NCBI GenBank assembly: GCA_964016885.1 | Contig: OZ024743.1 | Coordinates: 276,706,001-276,770,000 of the forward strand | Length of the DNA stretch: 64,000 nt | Direction: 5' to 3' | DNA from: Eledone cirrhosa | Taxonomy: Eukaryota | Part shown: positions 1 to 13,201 of the stretch, piece by piece | Layout of the letters: every line of letters begins with the position of its first letter | How positions within the stretch are numbered: the first letter of the stretch is position 1 | Program-made: the position numbers and the translations under genes | Notes under the pieces: generated by a model | Databases searched by the model: none | Told to the model about the DNA's origin: nothing | Seen by the model: only the letters and a program-made list of their open reading frames with translations

Positions 1-2033
1 ACCAACTATAGACCTATCACATGTCTGTCCGTAATGTGGAAACTGTTGACAAGCATTATGTCTGAGGAAATCTACCATCACCTCCACACAAACAACTTGT
101 TACCGGACGAACAGAAAGGATGCCGAAAGAAGTCACGTGGTACAAAGGACCAATTACTTATTGATAAGATGGTAATAAGGAATTGCAAGAGGAGACACAC
201 TGGTCTTGCCATGCGATGGATAGACTACATAAAGGCATTTGACATGGTGCCTCATTCTTGGATCACCAAAAGCCTAGAGATCTACAAGGTGGCAGATAAC
301 ATCAGACAGTTGTTGGGCAAAAGTATGAAGTCCTGGAAAACAGAGTTAACATCAGCTGGAGAATGCTTGGGAGGCGTGAAGATCAAGAGAGGTATCTTCC
401 AGGGAGATAGTCTGTCCCCTCTGTTGTTTGTCCTTGCCCTGATGCCCCTGACCATTATACTGCGAAAAGTGAGAGCAGGATACAAGTTGGGAAAGGGAGA
501 GGTTACCATCAATCACCTCCTCTTCATGGACGATCTTAAGCTCTTCGGGAAGAGTGAGAAGGAGTTGGATGTGCTTGTTGACACTGTCCGTATTTTCAGC
601 AATGATATATGTATGCAATTTGGTATTAGTAAGTGTGGAGTCCCTGTGATGAAGAGGGGTAAATTGAGCAGGAGCAAGGGAATCCAGGTACCAACAGGTG
701 AGATGATAAAGGAAATTGACACTGAAGAAGGATACAAGTATTTGGGTGTTTTGGAGGCTGATGACATCAAGAACAAAAAAATGAAGGAATTGATAAGATC
801 TGAATGCATTCGGAGAGTAAGGCGCGTATTAAAGTCACATCTGAACAGTAGGAATGCCATAAGTGCAGTAAATTCCCGAGCTGTGTCTATTATTACGTAC
901 AGTACGGGAATTCTGAGATGGAATGTTGCTGAACAAAAAGAAATGGATAGGAAGACTAGGAAGCTATTGACTATCTACAACATGTTCCACAAGAGGAGTG
1001 ATGTCGATAGACTCTACTTAAGGAGATCTGAGGGTGGAAGAGGTCTTATCAGCATAGAGGACTATGTTCAGATGGAGAAAAACAACCTACACAAATACGT
1101 GACTGATAGTATGCTAGCCAATGCTCAGAACTGTACTGAAGGAGAGGACAATAGACCAGGGGATGTCCAAGGAGGAAATAACAACAAGGAGAAAGAGCAG
1201 CCTTCATGAAAAATCCCTTCATAGTACCTTCTTTGAGAAAACTGAATTTAGAGATCCACAGACATGGAACTGGTTGAAAAGAGGAGACCTTAAAAAGGCT
1301 ACAGAAGGAATGTTAATGGCTGCACAAGAGCAGGCCCTCAAAACGAAGTGGTTGAAACACCATATTTACAAGGAGGAGGCTAGCCCACTGCGCAGGATCT
1401 GTGGAGAGAGAGAAGAGACTGTGGCTCACATTGTATCCGAGTGTAAACACCTAGCCCAGACTCACTATAAGGGCTGGAGATATGATGTGATGGGCAGGGT
1501 GATCCACTGGCACCTATACAAAGTAAACAATTTACCACACTCTGAGAAGTGGTATGAGCATAAGCCAGAGTCGGTGATAGAAAACGATCAGGTGAAGGTG
1601 CTATGGGATTTTAGGATACAGACGGACAAGAAACTGGAACACAATAGACCTGACCTGGTGGTTTTGGACAAAGAAAAAAGATCGTGCCTGATTGTGGATG
1701 TGGCCTGCCCATTCGACACGAGAGTGCAAGAGAAGGAGAGGGAGAAAATTAACCGATACCAGGACTTAAAGTGGGAGGTAAAAAGGATTTGGAACTGCCA
1801 TGAAGTCAAAGTGGTCCCGATTGTCATAGGCGCACTAGGTACTATCTCAAAAAGTTTCCAGGGATGGTTAAAGAAAATTGGCCCCGTCACGCTTTTTGGA
1901 ACGCTTCAAAAGGCATCCTTGCTGGGAACAGCAAGAACCCTCCGATACGTCCTGAATATCTGAGGCTGCAGGTAGTGGCTTGATATTCATTTCAACAAAC
2001 TTTCCAGTTAACTAACATCAATGACTGAGACTC
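1..2033 (+). mobile_element. R4/Dong-like RLE non-LTR retrotransposon, 3' portion (runs off left edge), frameshifted
   Basis: ORF 34-1209 has RT motifs ([33 protein letters not shown]). Overlapping ORF 1121-1963 has a degenerate CCHC knuckle (RICGEREETVAHIVSEC) and a restriction-like endonuclease (NRPDLVV..D..K..Y). Followed by an (AAT)n tail at 2041-2116. Confidence 0.9.
34..1963 (+). pseudogene. Frameshifted RT + restriction-like endonuclease ORF of the R4/Dong-like element
   Basis: Two overlapping ORFs in different frames (break near 1110-1125) together make one RT-ZnF-RLE protein. Confidence 0.85.
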
Positions 2034-2046
2034 AAAGAACAATAAC

Positions 2047-2117
<71 letters not shown>

Positions 2118-2374
2118 GAAGAAGAAGAAGGAGACAACAACAACAATAACAGCAAGTAGAACTAGAAAAGGAAGCGGAAGAAGAAAATGGAAGATAACTG
2201 ACATAATCTGTAAAAAAATAACATGTAATAGGAAGTACCGTGCTGACCTCTATCTCACGCATGAATGCATGAAGAAAATGGTAGATGATTAGAAAGAATA
2301 GATAAATTAATAACAAAATAATGAATGATTCGTGTAGTAAATATGTAGATGAATGATAAGAAAGAAAGAAATAA

Positions 2375-2600
2375 TAGTTTCTGATTTAGGCACAAGGCTA
2401 GCAATTTGGGTGGGTGGGTGGGTGTGGGGTCAAACGTCGATTAAATCGACCTCAGTGCATTACTGGTACTTTATTTTATCGACCCTGTAAGGATGAAAGG
2501 CAAAGTTAACCTCGACGGGATTTGAACTCAGAAAGTAAAGAGCCGGAACAATTACTGCGAAGCCTTTGCCGGACACTCCAACGACTCTGGCAATCCACCA
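2375..2600 (-). mobile_element. tRNA-derived SINE
   Basis: Reverse complement has B-box GAGTTCAAATCC followed by the core CTTTGCCTTTCATCCTTAC..GTCGATAAAATAAAGTACCAGT shared with the copy at 20378. Confidence 0.8.
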
Positions 2601-2625
2601 CTGTCTACTACTACTACTGCCGCTG

Positions 2626-2665
<40 letters not shown>

Positions 2666-2666
<1 letters not shown>

Positions 2667-2759
2667 GGCAGAGGGCTGTGTGCGCCTGGCGACATACCAG
2701 ATGTCAGGCGCCCAATAATTTCGGTCTCTTTTTGACCCAGGACTACAGCTGAATCAAAG
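2666..2759 (-). mobile_element. ~95 bp internal fragment of Tx1 ORF2
   Basis: Aligns by eye to 36540-36630 (gcgcctggc.aca.t.ccagatg ... cggtctctt.ttgacccaggact.cagct). Confidence 0.7.
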
Positions 2760-3865
2760 GTGGTGCTGTTAAACCGGGCAATGAATTACGTCTACCACCC
2801 ATTTCGTATGACTATATAGATAAATGAGACAGAGACCTATAGAATACCCCTATATTTTAACATTTTTGTTTTCGATTGACTTAAAATAAGAGATAAAATT
2901 TTCAGCAAACAAAAATGCATTGCGGTTTCAATTAGAAACCGAAGCTGTTTTACTGTTTTAACGTTGTTAGTACTCTGATTAATGTTGTTACGACTAACAG
3001 CTATGTTATGGTTAGTTAGCTTTCTATGAGATTGCATCTAATGGGACAATACCTATTGGTTTTAATGATAGGAGTTTTAGTCCTATTATATCATGATTTT
3101 CCTGGTGACAGGATGCAGGATTTCAACTCAAAACGCACAGATACAGCATGGCTAACCATTTTCTAATACAAAAACTTTGGGAGGACTGACACTTTATTTT
3201 ACCATTCCCGAAAGAATGAAAGCAAAGATTGAATATGAATTTAGAGCACAGAGAGCCGGAACAAATACGACGAAGCAATTAACCCAAAGTCCTAAGAATT
3301 CTATCAATTCTCTGCCGCCATTGCTAATACTCATGGTAACAGTATGAATATCATAACTTCGCGTTCCTTTCAATATTCACAAATATAGAACCTTAATGAT
3401 TTGCCAAAAGAAGACAATATATTTTAGTTGGAACCCACCTACTACCTACACATTCACAAAAAAAAAAATAAACCAAAACAAAAAATTGATAATAACATCA
3501 ACAAAACCAAGGAAAAGTTTCAAAAGAAACTAACGACAAAATTTCTAAACCATATTAAACAAGAATGCGAGAAAACAGTATGCAAGAAAATGCTAATTTT
3601 AAACTTAATGGGATTTTAATGTTCATTCTTTATTAACTTGGCTTCAAATATCACTTGAACTTCGTATCTTAAATATGGACTTGGCCAATCATCAAATTTT
3701 AATCCTCCTTTATGCTTGGAAATTCGCAGACATTGCAAAGGACAAAAACACTGAATTAGATTCAACATCATAATTAAGGAGTTGCATTTTCCCTAATTTT
3801 TATTTATTTTTTTATTTTTTAATTATTATTATGATCATCATATATATATGTATACATATATATGT

Positions 3866-3934
<69 letters not shown>

Positions 3935-5488
3935 TGTTGTTGTTGAAAATTTCATTTTTCTTTTCACCTTTTCTCATCGAAACAATGGTACACTGGCGGG
4001 AATTCAAAATTGAGTTGAAAACCACTGATTGAAAATTGTTCAGCTAAATCATTTTGACAATATCCGATAAATTCAAGTATGAAATAATGGAAAAGAGTCC
4101 TATTAAGCAGGTGTGATAAAAATATATAAAAAAAAACAACAAAACAATAACAAATAAATGTAAATAAATGAATAAAACAAAATTCTTATTTTCTACACAA
4201 AAATGATTAGAAATATATAAATAACAGAATGAATATATTAACAAACATAATAAAGTGACACAAAAAAAAAATTAAATTAATACTAACATATAATAATAAT
4301 AGAAAATTCAGACTCAAATTTCGTCTTTGTCTAATAAGGACAATTCTAATTTAGAGGATGTATCTTCTACAAAACATGGTTCTTTCTCCATTAATGACAA
4401 TTTCTAGATGAACCTTTTGTGATAGCAACTCAGAACAAAATCATACTAAACAACAACAACAGCAGCAGCAACGACTACAAGAAGAAGAACAACAACAACA
4501 CAATATTCAATTCATAATGGTTTCCAGTAAACCCCTCTCTTTCTCTCTCATTCATTCTTTCATTTTCCTTCCGATGTCCAACGATCTATTTTTGGGGTGG
4601 GGTGGGGGGGTGGGGGGGGGTCATCTTTCTTGCAATCTAGTTTTTCTTTTTAGTTTTATTTAATTTAAATTTTATTTATTTGTTTATTTATTCTTTTTCT
4701 TAAAAAAGATATTTCTATTTTGGAGACAGAACAATTCCCTGAGCACATCAACTTAAATTGTATTGATTTCTCTTGCTTAGTTACAAGGTCTCAGATTTAT
4801 ATTTTCATGTAGCGAGGGGCACACACGCCATTATTTGTTAGGTCAACAGCGAAGACTTCACCTCCATATAAACGTATCTAGAACAAGTCATTTTGGTGGT
4901 TATTACTTAGAGACGCCATCAATATAACAAAAGACTGAACAATAGTTAAGCTAGTGTGAACATATTTAATCAAAAAGCAAATTAGAAGAAAAAAAAAGAA
5001 TAGAAAAAGAAACATATGTGACGAAGAAAGGACATTAGCTTAAAGATGAATCATTTCGGCAGTTACGGGAGACAACTCTCTTCGGATATGTTTCAATCTT
5101 ATTAGGCCTCTTAAGGGAAGCATAACCATCACCGTACATGCCGATGTAGGGATGAGATTATCAAGTAGATGACGCGTATGCGTGAAACATTACTAGATTT
5201 ATAAAATATTTACACTTCCGAAGGGAGTGAGTTTCTATGTGATCACCAAACTTGCTAGAAATAGCAGCCAAATATCTCTGAAATCAAATCAGTTCCCGGA
5301 CCACTGTATACAATAAACCACCTCAATTTAGTTTTATTTAAATCTCTTTAAAATGAAGTTCAGTTTTTCACTTTCATTTCATTGTTTTGTATGAGTGAAA
5401 ATTTGTTGATCAACGACCAAACGTCAATGTCAAATGCTCTATCTTGAATATAGCATGTTCGTACAAGCATATATATATATATATATAG

Positions 5489-6368
5489 AGAAATTACATG
5501 AATCAAAGTTCTGTTTAAACCATTTATTCGCTTACAATTGTTTCTTCCAAACCGAGGTTTGGAGTCTTCGGAGCAATTTTTCAATGATTGTTTACATACA
5601 TGACCTCCTTTTCAACACAAGAGACATACAGAAACATATGTATATATTGATGCACAGTTGGTTGATATCCATTATAATATTTAGCATGGCAATTTACATT
5701 CAAAGATTAAAGTCATATCAAAGAACAAAATTAAAGTTAAAATACAACATTGGCAGTTTACGAAGGTAAAGCAAGAGGATAGTTTGAAGTAGTTAGTGTA
5801 TGCAATAGTTACACATGGGGCATGCACGTGTGTCTTGTTTATATAAGATTATAGTGCGGCAGGGTGTTATATGTAATACAAGCACTTTAAGCGGGCAATC
5901 AAGAGTATTATGGGGGTTGTATTGGTAAAGTATTTTTTATATGTATGATATAGAAGCTTGTGTATAGAGAAATATTAAAAATATTAAAAATCTTTGAATG
6001 TAAATTGCCATGCTAAATATTATAATGGATCTCAACCCACTGTGCATCAATATATACATATGTTTCTGTATGTCTCTTGTGTTGAAAAGGAGGTCATGTA
6101 TGTAAACAATCATTGAAAAATTGCTCCGAAGACTCCAAACCTCGGTTTGGAAGAAACAATTGTAAGCGAATAAATGGTTTAAACAGAACTTTGATTCATG
6201 TAATTTCTATATAACTGCTCTGTAGAACAACTGATGTTATTACATTGAGCTATTTATCTTACTGGTAATAAGGTAGTAATAAATTACTGTCTTTTACTAT
6301 TTAGGGTTTAAAATATATATAACTATAAAAGGTTTTGGTATATAAATAACCATAAATAGTATCCTTAA

Positions 6369-6372
<4 letters not shown>
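5489..6372. mobile_element. Non-autonomous fold-back element (PLE-terminus-like), 220-bp inverted arms, between (TA)n tracts
   Basis: 5489-5708 is the near-perfect reverse complement of 5989-6208. Homologous to 29581-30646. Each arm has a hammerhead-like motif. Confidence 0.75.
6121..6169 (+). ncRNA. Putative minimal type I hammerhead ribozyme, variant core CCGAAGA (mirror copy 5528-5576, minus)
   Basis: ttgct CCGAAGA c tccaaac-ctcg-gtttgga a GAAAC aatt GTA agcga: stem I, stem II hairpin, palindromic loop III, GUA triplet. Confidence 0.55.
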
Positions 6373-6421
<49 letters not shown>

Positions 6422-6426
<5 letters not shown>

Positions 6427-6646
6427 ATAATAATAAATTTGAAGACTAAAATCCAAAGAGGGCTCGATAAGGATAGATATATATCAAATATATTAGAACC
6501 GTAGAGCAAATATTTATTAAAATAACAGATTAAAGTTTAAGCAAAGAATCGCTGCTTTCACCCTTAACGGGATCTTCTGAAGATCCCGTTAAGGGTGAAA
6601 GCAGCGATTCTTTGCTTAAACTTTAATCTGTTATTTTAATAAATAT
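6422..6646. repeat. Fold-back element with perfect 68-bp-arm palindrome (6510-6646, centre 6578) between (TA)n tracts
   Basis: Direct reading. The centre lies in CTGAAGA-TCCC-gttaa-GGGT-GAAA, a hammerhead-like motif. Confidence 0.8.
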
Positions 6647-6696
6647 ATATATATGTATTTATGCTTGTACGAACATGCTATATTCAAGATAGATAT

Positions 6697-9600
6697 GATT
6701 CTTTATTAGACACAGGGGCACAAAAGAAGGGGACAAATACAAAGGGGGAAGTTTACATACAATAAAAACGTGTAAAATATTATCACAAATGCAATTTAAA
6801 AATTAGTCGATTTTCCCCAATAGGGGGAGACATTACATATGGGTAACACATACCCTGGAAAAAAAATGTGCAACCCTCATCTCCAGGAGTACGAAGAATT
6901 TGTACTCCTTTCCTCTCCTCCTCTTTTTCCTCAACCTACAGGCTGATATAGAGAGAAGGCCCATTCACTCGGGCCATTCTTGCCACTTTCACCCACCTTT
7001 CATAAAGATTGCTGGGGTACAGCACCTCTCTCTCCATCCTGATTCTTCTTCCAAAGTGGTATTTGAAAAAATAATCAGTTGTTGGCCGGAGAGAAAGGTG
7101 TCTGACCTCAGCCCTTTCAACCTTGTCCACCATACAACCTCTTTCGCCATAGCTATCACACAAAGAAAACCGCCTCTCCTTCGGTTTTGAAGGAGGGTGG
7201 CGGTTTGATCATGAAAATGGACTCGGTGGTCAATCGGATTGGTCCCACCCGTGACAATAGTCGTTCTACATAGCCCCACAGGTCGGTGACGCCCGGGCAG
7301 TGTATGAATGCGTGCGCGACGGTTTCTTCGTCTCGCACGCACCTTGGACAGATCTTTTTTACAGGTTCCCTGCCCGGGCGCCCATGTCTGTAGAGCTTGT
7401 CTCGAACTGGTAGAGCTCCTCGGTAGCACTGCCAGGCCAGGGACTTTTGGAAGTTGTCCATCGGTCACGGGCGGAAGGTCGTACCGAACAGACTGGGCAG
7501 TTCGTCTTCCTCTACGCCCAGAGTTCCACCGAGCGCGTCGTCGCATTTGCTGCGGAATAACCCTCTATTGAATGACGAAGTGGAGTCTCCACTGATCGCC
7601 GAGTTCGCCTGCCAGAGGGCTGTGAGTGGCTGAGCACATTCGATGTGCCAGTCGCCCATTTTCCTCGGTCTTTGCTTGACCCAGGACTGCAGCTCGTGGG
7701 AAGGCTGGCCTCACGAACGGGGCCCACACCGGTTGTCCGGTGAGGAATACGTAGAGATGCCGCAGCCTGAGCGCATGTTTGCGCATCGTCAGCCACGGCA
7801 TCTCCAGCCTCCATTGGAAGGGTGTTGGCAGCAGATGGATCTTCTCACCAAAGGAGCCCGCCTCTTCCAAAGGAATTGGAAGAGCGAGCGCTCCATTTTG
7901 GTGAGCGTTTTGGCTGGACAAGGCATGACGGTCAAGCGGTAGTAGATGGCGGACGCTATAAAAGTGTTCGCCACCTCCGCTCGACCTTTCAAGGATAGTT
8001 TGCACTCGGCCCACTTCTGGGTGAGTGCAAACACCTTGGCCGTCAACTCGTTCCAGTTCTTCTCCACCTGGAGGTCCGGACCAAACCAGACCCCGAGCAG
8101 CTTTACCGGTCCTTCCGTCCAGCGTCCGACGACGCCATCGGAAGGCATCGGTTTGCCTCTCCATGATCCGAGTTGCAAACCGATGGACTTGTCCCGGTTC
8201 AGCTTCGCTCCTGTGAACCTTTCGTATTCCTTCAGTAAGGTGCCGACTTCTTCGATTTGCGAGGCGCTCGACAACATTACTATTACGTCGTCGGCGTAGG
8301 TCGACGCCGCTTTCCGCAGTCCCGGTTCCAGAAGGATGCCCTGCAATAGCTCCAACTTCCGCAGTAGTGGCTCGAGAGTCAGTACGTACAGAAGGGAGGA
8401 GAGAGGGCATCGCTGTCGAATGGATCGCGTGATATGGAACAGCTCCGAGAGGTAGACGTTCACCTTGACCCTTGAGCAGATGTTGCTGTTGTGCATTGCA
8501 GCAATCCAGCCCCTGAACACGGGTCTGAAGCCTGCCGCCTCGAGCACCGCATCCAGGTAACGATGGTCAAACCTATCGAAAGCGTTAGACTGATCCAAGT
8601 TGATCAGGGCCCCACCGAAGCCGGGTTTACACCCTACCCTCTCTATGATGTATCGCATGAGGTGGAGGTTGTCGTGTATGGACCTGGTCGGGATTGAGCA
8701 TGTCTGCGCTTTTCCCACCAGGTTCTCGACGACAAGCGCCAGCCTCTTTGCCAACACCTTGGCCAAAATCTGTAACTCTGTGTTTAGCAGAGTTATGGGC
8801 CGGAAGTTGCCTATGTCATCCCCCTTATTCTCATCCTTCCTGACTAGTGTGACTACGCCCCAGTCACAGAACTGGGAATTCTCCCGTTCTATTGCCAGTT
8901 ACAGTAGACCGCTTCCAGGAAACCGGAGAATAAGTCCGGCATTGCTACGTAAAATTCGTAGGGTAGACCGTCGAGACCTGGAGATTTGCGTTTGCCGCAT
9001 TGGCTCAGCGCGTCCTCTATCTCAGCGGCTGAAATCGGCCTTTCACAGAACTTTGCCTCGCTGTCCGAGAGTCGCGGTAGGCCGTCGAGGTATGGACCGA
9101 AATCCATAGCCCCTCCCGGCGCGCCGCCCTGCCCGAACAGTTGAGCAAAGTGCCGCTGAAAGACCGCACACATCTGCTTCGTTTCACGTATCACGCGTCC
9201 GTTTTGGTTCTTCAAAGACATAATTGTGGACTTGTTGCCACTTTTTGCCTCCGTCACTCGGGCCCAGCTAACAGCTTTGGCTCCCTCGTTTCCTAGAGCA
9301 CGTATTTTGCTTCTGACGACAAAGCCCTCGTGCTTTGCATCGAAGAACTGGTCCAAGGCCGTTCTCGTTGCTAGCACGCTAGCTACGTTGCCACTTCTAA
9401 TTGCCTCTTCTACTTTATCTACCAGTTCCTTCTCGGTTCTATTTCTATCTAACGCTAATTCTTTACTAAAAACTAACGAGTCTAATCTAACTGCCTTCTT
9501 GAGAGAGTACCACCATCTGTTGTTGACAATGGCCCCTGTCAAGTGCTGTTTAACTAAAGTGCTAATCCGTCTACTGTAGGCTTTGCATGTCTGTAACGAC

Positions 9601-11189
9601 AAGTTCAGCTGCCAGTAGTCAGGTCCTTGTCTATGGGTTCTATCAAGGTTGACCATGCATGTCACTAGTTTGTGATCTGAATAGACAACCATGAACATTT
9701 GTGGTCAGCTTAACATGTCCCTATCCTTATTTCTAACTAGAACCCTGTCTAGGTACGATCTAGATGTTCCGCTGCGATTAGTCCACGTCCACAGTGGCAC
9801 AGTCGGAAAATCTAATCGATATCTATCGGCCAGATCAAATCGGCCGATTAACTGTTTGAGGCTGTTACACCTCCCTTTATCGGGACATGCTCCCACATAG
9901 TCCCAACGTGCATGTAGGATTCCATTCCAGTCTCCCACTAAAAGCAAGGAGCGGGACGTTCCCAGAAAAGTCTCTAGACGTTTGAAGAAGTCTGGCCGCG
10001 GTGTCCCGGTTGGGGCATATGCGGCCACCAGCCTGAAGGCTTCACCTTCACTACCGTCAACGTCTAGGACCACCAGTCGACCCTCCGGGTCCAGATGTAC
10101 CGTCTGTGTTATGAGGCCCAGGTGTTTCCGCAGCAAAACGGCAACCCCGCCCCCACCCCCAGGCCGACAGAGAGATTCGTAGATCTCAAAGTCATCGAAG
10201 ATGGGGGCCAGCTGTCGCTCGCTGTGGATCCTGGACTCGCAAATGGCTACCACATCCATACTGTGCGACCTGAGGTCGTTTAAGAGTTTTCCCTGTTTCC
10301 AGGGCATCCCCAGGCCGCGTACATTCACACATCCAACTCTTATATTGGCCATGTTGGTTCTGAAAAGTTAAAAGAAGAGAAGAAAACACTCACCTCTTCG
10401 TCTCCCGGGGATCAGACCGCACAGTTTCCATGGGGGTGTTAGAGTGGTTGTCTGGGGGGGGGGGGGGTTCCGACGCGGTGGGGACGGAGATGGTTGGTGG
10501 GGGTGTCTGGGTTGGGTGTGTCTGGGGTGGGTGTGTCTAGGGTGGGTGTGTCTGGGGTGAGGGTGGGGAAACTTTTTAATAGGGCGCGGTTAATGGATTT
10601 AACACAAGGATTACCCACGTCCTTAGGAAAGTTTTCCTTTAAACACTTATAGGTGTCCGTAGGGACCCTAATCATCTTTAAATTAGGTTTGTCTACACAG
10701 TTCGAAAAAGTTTTCCCTTCGGTTTTCACCGATGACCTCCATTAAAGTTTTGTTTTTACTGTTTATGTATGTGTAATGTTCTTGTTGTGTTGCGGTGGTT
10801 TTTGTCTGTTGTTCTTGCAGGAGCTTTCGTTTTGTTGTAGGTGTTTGTGTTTGGAGTGATGTCGTGGTTTTGTTTTCGGGACGGGTTTTTTTGTTTGTAA
10901 TGTTTGTGTTGTTTGTGTTGGTGGTTGTATGTTTGTAGTGATGTTTGTTGTTTTTTTGTTCTTGTGGTGTCTTTTCTTCTTGCTGTTCGAACGGAGAGGA
11001 TCTCCTTCATCCTCACTTGGTGATGATGTGGGGGCTTCGTCCGTTGTGGTGTCTGTGTTATTTGGAAGGGGTATGTTTTGGGGAGCTGTTGTGTTTGTGG
11101 GTGTTTTTGCAGTGGTTTTAGGTGGCGTGGGGTTGGGTGGGACTGTGCTTAAACGTTGGTTTGTTGTTTTTGTTTTGGTTGCGTTTGCG

Positions 11190-11228
<39 letters not shown>

Positions 11229-12320
11229 GGTGGTGGTGGTGGTGGTGGTTGTGTTGTTGTTTTGGGTGTTGGCAGTAGTGTCTCTTTTTTTTTTTTTAGT
11301 TAACAACCGACCACTGCTTAAACAGGCAGCCTACCCTCAACAGAAATGTTTATGTGTGAAATTCCATCCAGAGGTACACGTTGGGGTATTTTAGCTATCC
11401 GTTCTGGCCTCATTTAGACCAGAACTTCCATGCTTGTACCATTGAATGTGCCTCTGGAGGACTTTCCCACCGAAATGATGGTGTCTTCGTCGGAATCGAT
11501 GAAGCCAGTTAGAATCCACCAGACGTTTACATTTGGTCTAATGTTCGAAATTTTTATTTTTTGTGTTCTTTTTCCCATATATGTGGGGAAAAAGGTGTAA
11601 AGGGGGGACACAATCGGCGATACAGAATACTTTTGTGCTGTCAATTGGTCTTTCAACAACACCGAAATGCTTCCAAAAAGTTTCCCTTTTTGGATGAAGG
11701 CAAAAACCTTCATGGAATACTTCAGACCCAGTTCAATATCGTTTTGGGATAATTAACTGGTTTTTTCGACACATTTGAAACCGTCCTAAAAATTACTGTT
11801 TTTAGAACAGTTTCTCTCCGTAACTGTTGAGGAGAAGTGATGCTGAAAGCACCACTCTACCAAAAGTTACGTACTGTTTTGCATCGCTTAACATTTCCCT
11901 AGCATTGGAAATGTCAAGGTATGTGAACAGTTCCGTCTTTTGGACGGTTTGAGCAAAGGAAATCTTTTCCTTGTTCGTGGAGTTGTTCGTTTTGCTGTTG
12001 TTGGTGGTGTTGTTGTTATCATTGTTGCTGTTGTTGGTGGTGTTGTTGTTATCATTGTTGCTGTTGTTGGTGGTGTTGTTGTTATCATTGTTGCTGTTGT
12101 TGTTCTTGTTGTCATTATTGTTGTTGTTGTTGTTGTTCTGGTTGCTGTTGTTTATATTTTGCATGTTATTGGTGTTTGTGTTAGTGTTGATATTACAGTC
12201 AACGTCCGACATCGTGTTTTCAAAACTGACGACATTTTCGATGTCTTTCAACGAGGTCCCCAAAAATGAATATACCATTCAACAGCATTCTAATAAATAC
12301 TGCCTGTACAGGTAATCAAA
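6697..12320 (-). mobile_element. Decayed near-full-length Tx1-clade LINE (older subfamily)
   Basis: ORF2 in frameshifted pieces: 9705-10352 (APE), 8889-9698, 7789-8766 (RT, YADD), 7156-7461 (zinc finger), all homologous to 35875-39294. ORF1 remnants at 10390-12278 (VWWILTGF and FPKDVGNP vs MWWLLGCV and FPRDVGTP). AATAAA near the 3' end. 5' boundary approximate. Confidence 0.9.
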
Positions 12321-12361
12321 GTATGTATACATTTTTTGGGAATATTCTGTATATGTATATA

Positions 12362-13101
12362 TGTAGCGAAATCTGTCTGCGTCTTGAACTTTGGGTGATA
12401 CCCAAAGGTTAAATTCTAGGTCAACACCCTTTTGGTGTAGACAGGCTGATGCGTTGGCTATCCCCTCATGGTGGGGAGACAGGAAGCGATAGCTATATAA
12501 AGCCTATATTTTCCCACTTTACACATATAGACATCGGAGCGATAGGATACACAACTAACTGTGTAAAGATTAACCGGTAACTTCAGACCCTAGAGGTCTA
12601 CAGAAAAGCCAGAGACATCGGAGCATTACGCTAGCAACTAACTATATAAGGATTCACCAGTATCAACAGACACCATGAGGTCTACAGGTACACACAGAGA
12701 GATTGGAGCCCTACTACTACAGACCATGTACAAGCCACAGTGGTCTACCACCAATTACGGACCATTCAGAGATATACAAACCATATCTCTCTCTCTCTTA
12801 TTAACTACGGTCTCGCAACTACTACCACGGACTCCAAATTCCAACAACAACAACAATTATCTGTCGCTCGCTGTTTTCACACCAACAACAACAACAGACT
12901 ACAACAGCCTCACATCAGCAGCAATAACTACATTAACAACTCTTGGTAACTGTCTTATATGTAGTTTTTAATTGATTCACGTGAAGTAAACTATATATAA
13001 CCAAATCATATATTCTTTTTATACTTGTTATTTCAACTATTATTCAATAACCATATCTAACAATTATGTTAAATCCTTCTAAACATTATTATACCCTTCG
13101 T

Positions 13102-13105
<4 letters not shown>
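12362..13105 (+). mobile_element. Probable solo LTR
   Basis: Begins TGTAGCGAA, ends TTCGTTAAA (imperfect terminal inverted repeat; terminal CA changed to AA). TATA on both flanks. Internal TATATAAA at ~12495 and short internal repeats (agacatcggagc x2, gaggtctacag x2). Confidence 0.45.
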
Positions 13106-13164
<59 letters not shown>

Positions 13165-13201
13165 TTATAATAATAATAATTATAATAATAATAATAATAA
13201 T

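Noticed and set aside
5080-5120. Hammerhead-like remnant on the minus strand
   Set aside because: Core (CTTAAGA) and stems are too degenerate.
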